Source of the DNA: an uncultured Acidobacteriota bacterium
Lineage (GTDB): Bacteria; Actinomycetota; Acidimicrobiia; Spongiisociales; ZC4RG35
Reading direction: 5' to 3'
NCBI GenBank assembly: GCA_963828465.1
Contig: CAWHEU010000022.1
Location: 347,400-411,399 of the forward strand
DNA: 64,000 nucleotides
The position numbers were made by a program, and so were the translations under genes. The notes under the pieces were generated by a model. It worked only from the letters and a program-made list of their open reading frames with translations, was not told the origin of the DNA and searched no databases. Shown here piece after piece: positions 11,258-21,871 of the stretch (positions are counted from its first letter, which is position 1; every line of letters starts with the position of its first letter).

Positions 11258-11662
11258 ATGGCAATGGAAAGCACTTTCATCATGGTCAAGCCCGATGGCG
11301 TCGCACGGGGCCTGGTGGGGGAGGTCATCGCCCGATTCGAGCGAAAGGGCCTGACCCTGGAGAAGATCCGGAAACTCGATATCGACGAAGATCTGGCGCG
11401 TCGTCACTACGAGGAGCACGTTGAGAAGCCCTTCTTCCCCGAGTTGCTCGACTTCATCACCTCCGGACCGGTGGTCGCGATGGAGTGGTCGGGGGAGTCG
11501 GCGATATCGGTGTGCCGGGACCTGATGGGGGCGACGGACCCCAAGATGGCGGCTCCCGGAACCATCAGAGGAGACCTGGGCCTGATCGTCACACATAACC
11601 TCGTCCATGGCTCCGATGGGTCGGAGAGCGCGTCCCGGGAGTTGGAGCTCTTCTTCGGCTGA
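11258..11662 (+). CDS. ndk: nucleoside diphosphate kinase
   Basis: TFIMVKPDGV, NLVHGSD (His active-site region). Confidence 0.92.
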   Translation: MAMESTFIMVKPDGVARGLVGEVIARFERKGLTLEKIRKLDIDEDLARRHYEEHVEKPFFPELLDFITSGPVVAMEWSGESAISVCRDLMGATDPKMAAPGTIRGDLGLIVTHNLVHGSDGSESASRELELFFG

Positions 11663-11762
11663 GATGCACTCGGGAAAGTGCCCTACCTGGTGAAACGCGC
11701 TCTGGCACAAGATCTAGTCGACACCTACACTCCCCGAGTCGTCGCGGGAGTCATCGTCAGCC

Positions 11763-12794
11763 ATGGCTGAAACCCTTTTTTCATTCGCTGGCCAGGACAT
11801 GGCCATCGACCTCGGAACCGCCAACACGCTGGTCTACGTGCGGGGCGGTGGCATCGTCCTAAACGAGCCCTCGGTGGTCGCCATCAACTCCCAGAATGGC
11901 CGCGCTCTGGCCGTCGGCATGGAGGCGAAGAGGATGATCGGGCGCACTCCAGCCCACATCACAGCCATCAGACCGCTCCGGGATGGGGTCATTGCCGACT
12001 TCGACGTGACCGAGAAGATGCTCCGCTACTTCATCCAGAAGGTCCACCGCAGGAAGTGGGCCCGCCCCAGGATCGTGGTCTGCGTGCCGTCCGGGATCAC
12101 GCCGGTGGAGCGAAGGGCTGTCGAGGAGGCGGCTTATCACGCCGGCGCACGGAGGGCATACACCATCGAAGAGCCAATGGCCGCTGCCATCGGGTCAGGG
12201 CTTCCCATCGCCGAGCCGGCTGGGTCGATGGTCGTGGACATCGGCGGCGGCACGACCGAGGTGGCGGTCATCTCTCTCGGTGGCATCGTCGTCTCCCGCT
12301 CGATCAGGGTCGGCGGCGACGAACTGGACACAGCAATCATCGACTGGGTCAAAAAGGAGTACAACGTCCTCATTGGGGAGCGAACGGCGGAGCAGCTCAA
12401 GCTCGCGGTCGGATCGGCATGGCCATACGCAGATGAGCCGTCTGCCGAGGTGCGCGGGCGTGACTTGGTCACCGGTCTGCCCAAGACGATCCTTCTCTCC
12501 AGCCCCGAGATCAGGGAGGCCATCGAGGAGCCGACTCAAGCGGTCGTCGATGCCGTGAAATTCACACTCGACAAGACGCCGCCAGAGCTGGCGGCCGACA
12601 TCGTCGAGCGTGGGATCGTGCTCACCGGGGGAGGAGCGCTGCTGGTTGGGCTGGACCATCGTCTGGCCCATGAGACGGGGATGCCCATCGTCACCGCGGC
12701 CAATCCGCTGCAGTCGGTGGTGCTCGGCTCGGGGAAGTGTCTGGAGGAGTTCGACACATTGCAAGAGGTGCTCGTGTCGTCCTCCCGGCCATGA
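11763..12794 (+). CDS. mreB: rod shape-determining protein MreB
   Basis: [10 protein letters not shown]..., actin-fold ATPase motifs. Confidence 0.92.
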   Translation: MAETLFSFAGQDMAIDLGTANTLVYVRGGGIVLNEPSVVAINSQNGRALAVGMEAKRMIGRTPAHITAIRPLRDGVIADFDVTEKMLRYFIQKVHRRKWARPRIVVCVPSGITPVERRAVEEAAYHAGARRAYTIEEPMAAAIGSGLPIAEPAGSMVVDIGGGTTEVAVISLGGIVVSRSIRVGGDELDTAIIDWVKKEYNVLIGERTAEQLKLAVGSAWPYADEPSAEVRGRDLVTGLPKTILLSSPEIREAIEEPTQAVVDAVKFTLDKTPPELAADIVERGIVLTGGGALLVGLDHRLAHETGMPIVTAANPLQSVVLGSGKCLEEFDTLQEVLVSSSRP

Positions 12795-12816
12795 CTTCCT
12801 CGACCCGTCTTGACTC

Positions 12817-13743
12817 ATGCTGACTTCGAAGCCATCCGACCGAGCCCTACCCACCTTCATCAGCCTCCTGGTGATCGGTGTGCTCCTCATGACTTTCGAC
12901 GTCCGGTTGGAGGGTGGGGGAGTGGTGGGCGTTTTGCGGAGCGGGACACAGGCCATCGTGTCGCCGATGCAGCGCATCGCCGCTTTCGCGGTCACACCCA
13001 TCGCCAATGCCCTCGACAGCCTTTCCAATGTCGCTTCGCTCAGAGAGCAGAACGCCGCCCTTTCGGCCCAGCTGGCCGAATCGCAGGCCTCGCTCGTCGC
13101 CGTCCAGGACGACCTTGCGAAGCTCGATCTACTCGAACAGATCTACGACCTGGAAACCGATGGAGCGGAGTTGGGTCAGACCGTTGCCAACGTCATTGGG
13201 TCGGTTGACGCGGCCCTCATCATCGACAAGGGCATCAGCGACGGCGTGCTGATCGGCCAACCGGTGATAGACACCAATGGATACGTGATTGGAACCGTCA
13301 AGAGCGCGAGTTCCGGGAGCGCGACAGTCCTCCCCATCACGGCGAGCCGAGATGGTCTGACCGTGCTTGTCGGCTCGCAGACCGGGACGCTGGTCACGAG
13401 GCCTTTCTCGTCGGATCTGGGGCTGGAGATGGATCTCGACGTCTTCGATGCCCGTGAGCCAGTGCTGGCAGGTGATCGGGTCCTCACGTCGGCGGCGAGC
13501 ACCGACTACCCGGCAGGTCTCCCCGTCGGTGAGGTGATCGAAGATGCCTCGCCCGAGTCCACCTCGCTCACGACGAGTGTGCGGCCGTTCGTGGATCCCG
13601 AGGCCCTTCGATTCGTCGTCGTACTGGCATGGCCCCCTGATCCCGTGTCGGCTGCCACCGACGACACCATTCCCGAGACCACCGAAACGACCATCGCCGA
13701 AGACGCGACCACCACCACTACCACCCCCGAGGACGATGGTTGA
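12817..13743 (+). CDS. mreC: rod shape-determining protein MreC
   Basis: N-terminal TM, coiled-coil, MreC beta-domain; position after mreB. Confidence 0.8.
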   Translation: MLTSKPSDRALPTFISLLVIGVLLMTFDVRLEGGGVVGVLRSGTQAIVSPMQRIAAFAVTPIANALDSLSNVASLREQNAALSAQLAESQASLVAVQDDLAKLDLLEQIYDLETDGAELGQTVANVIGSVDAALIIDKGISDGVLIGQPVIDTNGYVIGTVKSASSGSATVLPITASRDGLTVLVGSQTGTLVTRPFSSDLGLEMDLDVFDAREPVLAGDRVLTSAASTDYPAGLPVGEVIEDASPESTSLTTSVRPFVDPEALRFVVVLAWPPDPVSAATDDTIPETTETTIAEDATTTTTTPEDDG

Positions 13744-14246
13744 TGAGAGGCCGCACCGCGCTGGTAATCGGCCTAACGGTCGTGATCGCCGTCGTGATCC
13801 AGACCACTCTGTTCGGGAGGTTGAGGGTCGTTACTCCCGACCTGGTGATGTTGATCGGGATCCTGCTCGCCTTGACGAGGGTGCGGACGGAGGCCGTTCT
13901 TGGGGTCGCATTCCTGTCCGGACTCATCATGGATCTGCTGGGAGCATCGCTCATCGGTCTTCGAGCGGTCGTGTACACCACCGTGGCCTTCATCGCTATC
14001 CGGACGAAGGAACGAGCAGAGCTGGGGCGGGTGACGATCGCCTTGTGGGCCGGGTTGCTCACCCTGATCGGAGTCGTCCTCATCCTCCTCATTGGGACAC
14101 TGTTCGGGCAGGCGGCCCTGCTCGGAGAGGGTGCGGTTAGCGTCATGATCCTCGTCCCACTCGCCAATGTGGCCGTTGCCGCCCTTCTGGCACCAACCTT
14201 CGTACGATTGGTCGACCGCGACCGGACCGTCCTTCGATACCCATGA
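13740..14246 (+). CDS. mreD: rod shape-determining protein MreD
   Basis: Small polytopic membrane protein; overlapping start/stop with mreC and pbp2. Confidence 0.7.
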   Translation: MMRGRTALVIGLTVVIAVVIQTTLFGRLRVVTPDLVMLIGILLALTRVRTEAVLGVAFLSGLIMDLLGASLIGLRAVVYTTVAFIAIRTKERAELGRVTIALWAGLLTLIGVVLILLIGTLFGQAALLGEGAVSVMILVPLANVAVAALLAPTFVRLVDRDRTVLRYP

Positions 14247-16204
14247 AGTTCGCGCTGAGACTCACGACGCTGGGGATCATCTTCACCGCGATGTTTTCGG
14301 TGGTCGGGCTCAGGCTGTGGTTCATCCAGGTGGCCGAGGGGCCTCAGATCGCTCGAGCTGCTGAAGAGTCGACCTGGGTGGGCAAGACGACGTACGCGCC
14401 ACGTGGCGACATCTATGACCGAAACGGGACGCTCCTTGCCACGAGCCGAATGGTGCCGGCAATCATGATCGACCGGACGTTCGTCCAGCCCGAGCAGAAA
14501 GAGACCCTGATCCAGGAACTGGCTTCCATCGTCGGGGTCGACCCGGTCGAACTCGACGCCATGTACGAGGAGGCCGGGATCAACGGCCGCTTCCAGGTGA
14601 GCACGGTCGCGAACGAAACCGCATATGCGATCAACGAGTCGCTCGACGAGCTCCCCGGGGTCGAGGTGGTCAAGGTCCCGGAACGGGTCTACCTCTCCGG
14701 GGACACAATGGCGCATGTCATCGGTCACCTCGGTCTACCGGAGGAAGCCGATCTCACCGAGCGCCCAGAACTCGATCGAGACGTCCGCATCGGCAAGCTC
14801 GGGGTGGAGCGGGTGTACGACGAAGTGCTGCAGGGCACCGGAGGCTCAGTCGAGTACCGGGTGAGGAGGAGCGAGATCATCGAGCAGCGCCCACCGGTCG
14901 ACCCGGTCACGGGCAGCTCGATCGTGCTCAATCTCGACTTCGCCCTGCAGGAGCAGGTCGAGCTCGCCCTCGAGAATGGGGTGGCTCTGTCCAACGAGGT
15001 CAAGGAAGAGGAGAAAGCCGACGGGGAAGAGGTGTTCAACGAAACCCAGCGAGCCGCGGCTGTGGTGCTCGATGTCGACAACTTCGATGTTCTCGCCCTC
15101 GCCTCGTACCCCGACTTCGATCCGAGCAACTTCGTTGCCGGCATCGATGAGACCACGTTCCAAGAGCTCAACGAGACCCAGGCTTTCAACAATCTCGCGG
15201 TGAGTGGGCTCTATCCGCCGGCGTCGACCTTCAAGGCGATCACCTACACCGCCAAGCTCGAGGAGAACCTGCCCTTCCCGAGTGACGTGGAAGGAGTCGA
15301 TGGCGACCTGATCCATTGTGACGGGACTTTGGTCCTCGACCAGCTCGCCGATGGCTCGGCACAGGAAAAACACGACTGGTACGACCCCCGCAACCTGGGC
15401 TGGCTCGACATCCACGGAGCACTGTCGAACTCCTGCAATATCTATTTCTGGAACGTTGCCTTGGGGACCTACACCAACTACCCCCAGGGGTCGGCCAAAG
15501 AGAACATCCTGCAGGAATGGGCCACCCGCGTGGGATATGGGCACGAGACCGGGATCGACCTGACCAGCGAGGCGCCCGGCATCATCCCGACCCGGCAGCT
15601 CTTCGAGGAGTGGAAGGAATATCAGCTCGAGAACCCCGATGAGCCGCCTCGGCTCGAGCCGGCCCGCCTCGAACTGGCATCACCATGGCTCGGTGGAGAC
15701 CTCATGGACTTCGCCATCGGCCAGGGCGCCTTCACGGCCACCCCGCTTCAGGTCGCGTCCTCGTTTGCGGTGCTGGTCAATGGCGGGAAGGTGATGGAAC
15801 CCCGCGTGGTGAGGGAGACGATCGACAGCGAGGGAAATGTCACCCAGGTCGAGCGCCCTGCTCCGGTGATGGTGGACATCGACCCGGCAACGCGGGCTTC
15901 CCTGCTGGAAGATCTCGGCAGCGTCGTAAACGGGGGAACAGCGGCGGCCGCCTTCGCCGACTTCGGTGAAGGGGTGGAGAACGTCGGAGGGAAGACCGGG
16001 ACCGCCCAGGTGTCGGCGACCCGGGACAACCACGCCTGGTTCGTTGGGGTCGCCCCTCTCGACAACCCCAAATACGTTGTGGCGATCCTCATCGACGAGG
16101 GCGGGTCCGGAGGGCAGGTGGCGGCGCCGGTGGCCCGGAACATCATGCAGTATCTGACTGGCAACGAGCAGACCCCCATCGTCGAGGGCGAGGAGGCCGA
16201 CTGA
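14243..16204 (+). CDS. mrdA: penicillin-binding protein 2 (elongasome transpeptidase)
   Basis: STFK (ASTFKAI), SNS (SNSCN), KTGT motifs; N-terminal TM anchor. Confidence 0.9.
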   Translation: MKFALRLTTLGIIFTAMFSVVGLRLWFIQVAEGPQIARAAEESTWVGKTTYAPRGDIYDRNGTLLATSRMVPAIMIDRTFVQPEQKETLIQELASIVGVDPVELDAMYEEAGINGRFQVSTVANETAYAINESLDELPGVEVVKVPERVYLSGDTMAHVIGHLGLPEEADLTERPELDRDVRIGKLGVERVYDEVLQGTGGSVEYRVRRSEIIEQRPPVDPVTGSSIVLNLDFALQEQVELALENGVALSNEVKEEEKADGEEVFNETQRAAAVVLDVDNFDVLALASYPDFDPSNFVAGIDETTFQELNETQAFNNLAVSGLYPPASTFKAITYTAKLEENLPFPSDVEGVDGDLIHCDGTLVLDQLADGSAQEKHDWYDPRNLGWLDIHGALSNSCNIYFWNVALGTYTNYPQGSAKENILQEWATRVGYGHETGIDLTSEAPGIIPTRQLFEEWKEYQLENPDEPPRLEPARLELASPWLGGDLMDFAIGQGAFTATPLQVASSFAVLVNGGKVMEPRVVRETIDSEGNVTQVERPAPVMVDIDPATRASLLEDLGSVVNGGTAAAAFADFGEGVENVGGKTGTAQVSATRDNHAWFVGVAPLDNPKYVVAILIDEGGSGGQVAAPVARNIMQYLTGNEQTPIVEGEEAD

Positions 16205-17358
16205 TGGCTGTCCTAACCCGTCTCCGCGAGGTAGCCGTAGACCGGGGCCGGAACAAGTCGGACCGCATTCTCTTCGGGACGATGCTCGCCCTCTCCGCCT
16301 TTGGATTGCTCATGGTCTATTCCGCAACCAGGAGCAGCGGATCGGTGGGAATGGAGCGGCAGATGATCTTCGTGGCTGCCGGACTGACCCTCTACGCGGT
16401 GATCTCCAATATCGACTATCGGGAACTGAAGAACCTCATCCCGATCGTGTCGATCGCGGTTCTCGTTGGATTGTTCGCGGTCTACCTTTTCGAGCCGGTC
16501 AACGGGGCCCGGCGCTGGATCGATCTCGGGTTCTTCAAGCTCCAACCGGCCGAGTTCGCCAAGGTGATCGTGATACTGCTCCTGGCCGCGATCCTCTCTC
16601 CCAGCAACCGCGAAGAGGTCGGTCAGCGCCAACTCACCTGGCCCACGGTATTTCGGGCGATCGCCATCGTCGCCCTCCCCGCGGTCCTGGTCCTCTTCGA
16701 GCCGGATCTCGGCACGACGCTCGTGTTCGGGTTCATTCTCTTCGTGATGCTGTTCGTGGCCGGAGCTACCTGGCGTCAGATGCTCGCGCTGGCAGCGACA
16801 GCAGCGCTGGGCGTGGTGGCGGTCCTCCAGTTCAAGTTGCTCGAGGAGTACCAGATGAACCGGATCCTGGTGCTTTTCCGACCCGAGATCGATCCACAGG
16901 GGATCGGCTACAACATCCTGCAGTCGAGATATGCCGTGGGCTCGGGCCAGCTGTTCGGCAAGGGTCTGTTCGCCGAAGGGACCCAGACCTCCTTCGAGTA
17001 CGTACCCGAACAAGAGACCGACTTCATCTTCACGGCGGTGGCCGAGCAACTTGGATTCGTAGGCGGCGTCCTGGTCGTCGCCGCCTTCGCCGTCATCATT
17101 TGGAGGCTCCTCGTGATCGCGGCCAACGCCAGGGATCGCTTCGGCGCCCTCATCGCGGCGGGTCTGGCCGCGATGATGGTTTTCCACGTGTTCGTGAATG
17201 TCGGGATGACGATCGGGATCATGCCGGTCACAGGCATCCCCCTGCCTTTCCTCTCTGCCGGCGGGTCCTTCTACTTGGCGATGACTCTCGCCCTCGGGAT
17301 TGCCAACTCCGTTTGGCTATTGCGCACGCCCGTGCCAGGCGAGAACCAGCTCAGCTGA
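16204..17358 (+). CDS. rodA: rod shape-determining protein RodA (SEDS family)
   Basis: FtsW/RodA/SpoVE family polytopic protein; follows pbp2. Confidence 0.88.
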   Translation: MAVLTRLREVAVDRGRNKSDRILFGTMLALSAFGLLMVYSATRSSGSVGMERQMIFVAAGLTLYAVISNIDYRELKNLIPIVSIAVLVGLFAVYLFEPVNGARRWIDLGFFKLQPAEFAKVIVILLLAAILSPSNREEVGQRQLTWPTVFRAIAIVALPAVLVLFEPDLGTTLVFGFILFVMLFVAGATWRQMLALAATAALGVVAVLQFKLLEEYQMNRILVLFRPEIDPQGIGYNILQSRYAVGSGQLFGKGLFAEGTQTSFEYVPEQETDFIFTAVAEQLGFVGGVLVVAAFAVIIWRLLVIAANARDRFGALIAAGLAAMMVFHVFVNVGMTIGIMPVTGIPLPFLSAGGSFYLAMTLALGIANSVWLLRTPVPGENQLS

Positions 17359-17386
17359 ATCCCGTTCACGTCTACCCTGCCGCCCG

Positions 17387-17977
17387 ATGGACCGACGTGG
17401 TGAACGAGGGTGGGTGGAGGTCATCTGTGGCCCCATGTTCTCCGGCAAGAGTGAAGAGCTCATCCGTCGCGTGACCCGATACCAGATCGCCCGGGTCCCG
17501 ATTCAGACATTCAAGCCACAGCTCGACGTCAGATACTCCGACTCCCAAGTCGTCTCCCATTCCAGCCTCAAGGTCGAGGCGATATCGGTGGAGACATCGT
17601 CTGAGCTCCTACACAGGGTCGACGACAGCACACAGGTCATAGGGATCGACGAGGGGCAGTTCTTCGACGATGGGCTGGTGGACGTTGTCGAACAGCTCGC
17701 CTCTGCGGAGAAGCAGGTGATCGTCGCAGGGCTGGACACCGACTATCTGAGACGCCCGTTCGAGCCCATCCCGACGCTGTGCGACCGCGCCGAGTACGTG
17801 ACCAAGATGCTGGCTGTGTGTCACAAGTGCGGTGGGCCGGGCATGTACACCCAGCGGATCGTTCAATCGGAGGAGCTCGTCGTACTCGGGGCGCAAGGTG
17901 CCTACGAAGCCCGGTGCCGCGTGTGCTACGACCCAACCGAGGTCGAACAGCCCGAGCTCGATCTCGGCGCTGGATAG
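17387..17977 (+). CDS. tdk: thymidine kinase
   Basis: ICGPMFSGKSEEL P-loop; C-terminal CHKCG...CRVC zinc ribbon. The start is uncertain (ATG 17387 or GTG 17414). Confidence 0.8.
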   Translation: MDRRGERGWVEVICGPMFSGKSEELIRRVTRYQIARVPIQTFKPQLDVRYSDSQVVSHSSLKVEAISVETSSELLHRVDDSTQVIGIDEGQFFDDGLVDVVEQLASAEKQVIVAGLDTDYLRRPFEPIPTLCDRAEYVTKMLAVCHKCGGPGMYTQRIVQSEELVVLGAQGAYEARCRVCYDPTEVEQPELDLGAG

Positions 17978-18223
17978 TTTCAGCGTTTCCTTTCTGGTAA
18001 CCTGGGTCGGTCCGCCAGACGCGACATCTTCCCCTCTTCGGAGTGTTTCGTTGATGAGCACCCTTGCATACCGGCGAGCCGGCATGTCAGTCTTTGGCGA
18101 CCGCCCTTATGCAGGGCGGGCGCCGCACCGCGATCTGGCGCATCCATTCGGGCCCGACAGCCCCTGCCAGGAAATGGGCATTCGGGTCGACCCAAGCATC
18201 GACTCTCAGAGGAGTAACAACAC

Positions 18224-19780
18224 ATGGCTCTATTTCGCAAGAAGAGCCCACAGATCGTCCGGAAGTCATCGACGGAAGGGACCGTCGAGGAACGCAAGAC
18301 CGTCCGCGTCAAGGGAAAAAAGGTAGAGGTCACCAGGGTCGAGGGCAGACCAGCCCCGGCCACGAAACCCAAGAAGGATCGACGTCACCAGCCGTCAGGG
18401 AAGGGTGGGGGCAACCACTCCAGGAACGGAGTCTCCACCTCCAGGACCCGGACGCGCAGGCCGGTCGACGACGAGGTGATTCTCCCGGTCGAGTCCGGGC
18501 GCAAGCAGATGCTGGTCCGGGTGCACCGGGGCCAGACACAGATGGTGATCCTCGAAGGCCCCGTCCTCGTCGAGCACTATGTCGCTCGTGAAGACGCCGG
18601 ATCGGTGGCAGGGAACATCTACCTGGCCAAGGTTCGCAACGTCCTCCCCGGCATGGAGGCGGCATTCCTGGACTTTGGTGCTTCCAAGAACGGCGTTCTA
18701 TATGCATCGGACGTCGCCTCCGATGGGAAGGGAAACGGCCGGCCCAACCGCAGGATCGAGAACGTCCTCAAAGAGGGCGATGACGTCCTCGTTCAGGTGA
18801 CGAAGGATGCGATGGGCGCCAAGGGGGCCCGGCTGACAGGGGTGCCTTCACTACCCGGGCGCTACCTCGTCCTCGTGCCCGACTCGGACAGCGTCGGGAT
18901 CAGTCGCCGGCTGCCAGACGATGACCGGACTCGACTCCGGGAAGTGATCAACAAGGTGCGCCCTGAGGGCTATGGCGTGATCGTGAGAACCGCCGCCCTC
19001 CATGCGAGCGCCGAGGAGCTGGCTGCCGACATCTCCCGCTTGCGCAAGGTCTGGGACCAGATCGGTGAAGAATCGAAGGACGGCGGCGCGCCCCGTCTCG
19101 TTCATCAGGAGCCTGATCTCCTCATCAAGGTGATCCGTGAGCATTTCACGGCGGACTTCCGCAAGTTGCTCATCGATGACGCCAGGGCGTATGAGACCGT
19201 GGTCGACTACCTGCGGGGGACCGCGCCCGACCTCGTGTCCAAGGTGCAGCATTACACCGATGATGTCCCGCTGTTCGAGCGATATCACGTCGATGACCAG
19301 ATCAAGAAGGCCCTCGACCGAAAGGTCTATCTCCCATCAGGCGGTCATCTCGTCATCGATCGGACCGAGGCGCTCACCGTCATCGATGTCAACACCGGGA
19401 AGTTCGTCGGGTCCTCGAATCTGGAGGAGACCGTCCTGCAGAACAACCTGGAAGCGGCCGAGGAGATCGGACGTCAACTACGGCTGCGAGACATCGGCGG
19501 GATCATCGTCATCGACTTCATCGACATGGAGACGATCGACAACCAGCAGCAGGTGCTGCGACGCCTCAAGGAAGCGCTAGCCAAGGACAAGACCCGGACC
19601 CAGGTCTTCGACGTGTCTCACCTCGGCTTGGTGGAGATGACCCGGAAGAACGTCTCGGCGGGGCTGCTCGAGCAGTTCTCATCGAAGTGCGAAGAATGCG
19701 GCGGTCGCGGTGTGATCGTCCATGACCACGCCATTCACGCAGACGATCTCGTCGTGGAGGACTTTTCGCTGGCGGAATAG
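18224..19780 (+). CDS. rne: ribonuclease E/G family endoribonuclease
   Basis: K/R-rich N-terminal tail, S1 domain, catalytic core VIDVNTGKF...DFIDM; about 245-nt structured 5' UTR. Confidence 0.88.
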   Translation: MALFRKKSPQIVRKSSTEGTVEERKTVRVKGKKVEVTRVEGRPAPATKPKKDRRHQPSGKGGGNHSRNGVSTSRTRTRRPVDDEVILPVESGRKQMLVRVHRGQTQMVILEGPVLVEHYVAREDAGSVAGNIYLAKVRNVLPGMEAAFLDFGASKNGVLYASDVASDGKGNGRPNRRIENVLKEGDDVLVQVTKDAMGAKGARLTGVPSLPGRYLVLVPDSDSVGISRRLPDDDRTRLREVINKVRPEGYGVIVRTAALHASAEELAADISRLRKVWDQIGEESKDGGAPRLVHQEPDLLIKVIREHFTADFRKLLIDDARAYETVVDYLRGTAPDLVSKVQHYTDDVPLFERYHVDDQIKKALDRKVYLPSGGHLVIDRTEALTVIDVNTGKFVGSSNLEETVLQNNLEAAEEIGRQLRLRDIGGIIVIDFIDMETIDNQQQVLRRLKEALAKDKTRTQVFDVSHLGLVEMTRKNVSAGLLEQFSSKCEECGGRGVIVHDHAIHADDLVVEDFSLAE

Positions 19781-19846
19781 GCAGCCTTTGCGGTAACCGG
19801 TCGAACCGGTACCATTCAGCATCAATCCCCTTTCAGAGGTTTACCC

Positions 19847-20344
19847 ATGTACGCCATCATTCGCGCCGGCGGCAAACAGGCCAAGGTGCAATCCGGCGAT
19901 GTAATCGAGATAGAGCGGGTGAAAGGCGACGCCGATGAGATGTCCTTTTCGCCTCTCCTGATCGTGGATGACAAGGGAAATGCGGTGTCGGATCGTGACC
20001 TCCTGTCCAAGTCATCGGTCACGGCCAAGGTGCTCGGCGAGTCCCAGGGCCCGAAGATCGACATCTTCAAGTACAAGAACAAGACCGGCTATCGGCGTCG
20101 CCAGGGTCACCGCCAGAAGTACACACAGATCGAGATCACCGGGATCACGTTGCCCGGCGCAAAGGCCAAGTCTTCTCAGGCCAAGCCTGCTGCCAAGTCG
20201 GGCTCGGCGAAGGCTTCCGAAGCGAAGCCGGCCGCGGCGAAAGCCCCAGCTGCCAAGACAACAGCTGCCAAGACTGCAACCACAAAGGCAGGGGCAGCGA
20301 AAACCAGCAAGCAAGCAAAGACCGACTCGTCAGAGGAGGAGTGA
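19847..20344 (+). CDS. rplU: 50S ribosomal protein L21 with a long Ala/Lys-rich C-terminal extension
   Basis: [14 protein letters not shown]...; about 60-aa KA-rich tail. Confidence 0.9.
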   Translation: MYAIIRAGGKQAKVQSGDVIEIERVKGDADEMSFSPLLIVDDKGNAVSDRDLLSKSSVTAKVLGESQGPKIDIFKYKNKTGYRRRQGHRQKYTQIEITGITLPGAKAKSSQAKPAAKSGSAKASEAKPAAAKAPAAKTTAAKTATTKAGAAKTSKQAKTDSSEEE

Positions 20345-20345
20345 G

Positions 20346-20597
20346 ATGTCAAAGACAAAAGCAGGCGGTTCCTCCAAGAACGGTCGGGACTCCGCCGCGA
20401 AGCGACTCGGTTCCAAGGTGTTCGACGGCGAGTTCGTGAACGCCGGAGCGATCCTGGTGCGTCAGCGTGGGACCCGAATCCATCCAGGTGAGAACGTGGG
20501 CAAGGGGTCCGATGACACCCTGTTCGCTACCGCACCCGGCACAGTCAAGTACGGGACCCGAGCCAAACGGCGTCGGGTCAGCGTCCTTCCCGAGTAG
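20346..20597 (+). CDS. rpmA: 50S ribosomal protein L27
   Basis: [16 protein letters not shown]...RQRGT; ATG 1 nt after the rplU stop. Confidence 0.88.
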   Translation: MSKTKAGGSSKNGRDSAAKRLGSKVFDGEFVNAGAILVRQRGTRIHPGENVGKGSDDTLFATAPGTVKYGTRAKRRRVSVLPE

Positions 20598-20610
20598 TTA
20601 GCTTCCGGTC

Positions 20611-21861
20611 GTGTTCGTCGACCGGGTCCGTGTCAACCTCCGCGCCGGCAACGGCGGCGCGGGGGTTGTGTCGTTTGTGAGGGCCAAGGGGAAGCCCAAG
20701 GGCAAGCCGATCGGGGGAAACGGCGGTCCGGGCGGGTCGGTGTACCTCAGGGCCGACCCTTCGGTGGCCACACTGCTCCGCTACCAGCGAAACCCGCATT
20801 ACGCAGCGGGTCACGGCACCCACGGCCAGGGTGATGTTCGACACGGCAAATCCGGTGAGGCTCTGTACCTTCCGGTGCCGCTTGGAACCGTCGTGATCGA
20901 CGGTGAAGGCACAATGGTCGCCGACCTGGTCGAAGAGGGTCAAGAGATCGAAATTGTCAAGGGAGGGCGGGGTGGCCGGGGCAACGCCGCCTTCGTCAAC
21001 CCCTCCAACCGGGCTCCGGGCGTTGCCGAGCAAGGGGAGTACGGGCGGTCGGAATGGCTCACCCTCGAGCTGAAACTCCTCGCCGACGCGGCCCTCATCG
21101 GATTCCCTAACGCCGGGAAATCCACATTCATCTCCAAGGTGTCGGCCGCCAAGCCCAAGATCGCCGACTATCCCTTCACGACCCTCGTGCCGAACTTGGG
21201 TGTAGTGAGCTTCGACGGGCGGGAGTTCGTCCTGGCCGACATCCCGGGCCTGATCGAGGGTGCAGCCTCTGGGAAGGGTCTCGGTCACGAGTTCCTCCGT
21301 CACGTCGAGCGGGCACGGGTCCTCGTCATACTTCTCGATCCGTCGCCGATGCAAGAACGTTCGCCGGAGGAGCAGTTGCAGATCTTGAGGCGTGAGATCG
21401 CCGACTATTCCTCCGAGATCGCGGCAAGGCCGAGCATTGTGCTCCTCAACAAGTCGGACCTAGCTGACGTCACCGACCTCGCGACGGCGCTCGATGCGAC
21501 GCCGGTCTCAGCAATCAGCGGGGAGGGCATTCGAGAGTCGCTGCATGCCATCGCCGACCTGGTCGACGAAGCGGAGCGGGTCGCGCCGCTTCGTAAGGGA
21601 TATGTCCTTCACCGTCCGTTGGGCCCGACATTCACCGTGCGTAGGGAAGAGGGTGGCTGGCGCATCGAGGGCCTCGCCGCCGAGCGAGCGGTTGCGTTCG
21701 CCGACCTGACCCTGCCAGAAGCGGCCGACATGGCAGCCTGGCGCCTCTCTCGACTCGGTGTGGATCAGGCGCTGTTGGATGCAGGGGCGATCGAGGGCGA
21801 CGAGGTAAGGATCGGAGAGATCTCCTTCGAATTCACCCCGGAGCGGGACGAGGAGGAATAG
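20611..21861 (+). CDS. obg: GTPase Obg
   Basis: Obg fold N-terminal Gly-rich region; G-domain GFPNAGKST, DIPGLIEGA. Confidence 0.92.
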   Translation: MFVDRVRVNLRAGNGGAGVVSFVRAKGKPKGKPIGGNGGPGGSVYLRADPSVATLLRYQRNPHYAAGHGTHGQGDVRHGKSGEALYLPVPLGTVVIDGEGTMVADLVEEGQEIEIVKGGRGGRGNAAFVNPSNRAPGVAEQGEYGRSEWLTLELKLLADAALIGFPNAGKSTFISKVSAAKPKIADYPFTTLVPNLGVVSFDGREFVLADIPGLIEGAASGKGLGHEFLRHVERARVLVILLDPSPMQERSPEEQLQILRREIADYSSEIAARPSIVLLNKSDLADVTDLATALDATPVSAISGEGIRESLHAIADLVDEAERVAPLRKGYVLHRPLGPTFTVRREEGGWRIEGLAAERAVAFADLTLPEAADMAAWRLSRLGVDQALLDAGAIEGDEVRIGEISFEFTPERDEEE

Positions 21862-21871
21862 CCATGCGGGT

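Noticed and set aside
12914-13252. Small overlapping ORFs inside mreC/mreB (alternative frames, 60-130 aa)
   Set aside because: They are fully embedded in conserved genes, with biased R/S/P composition and no RBS.
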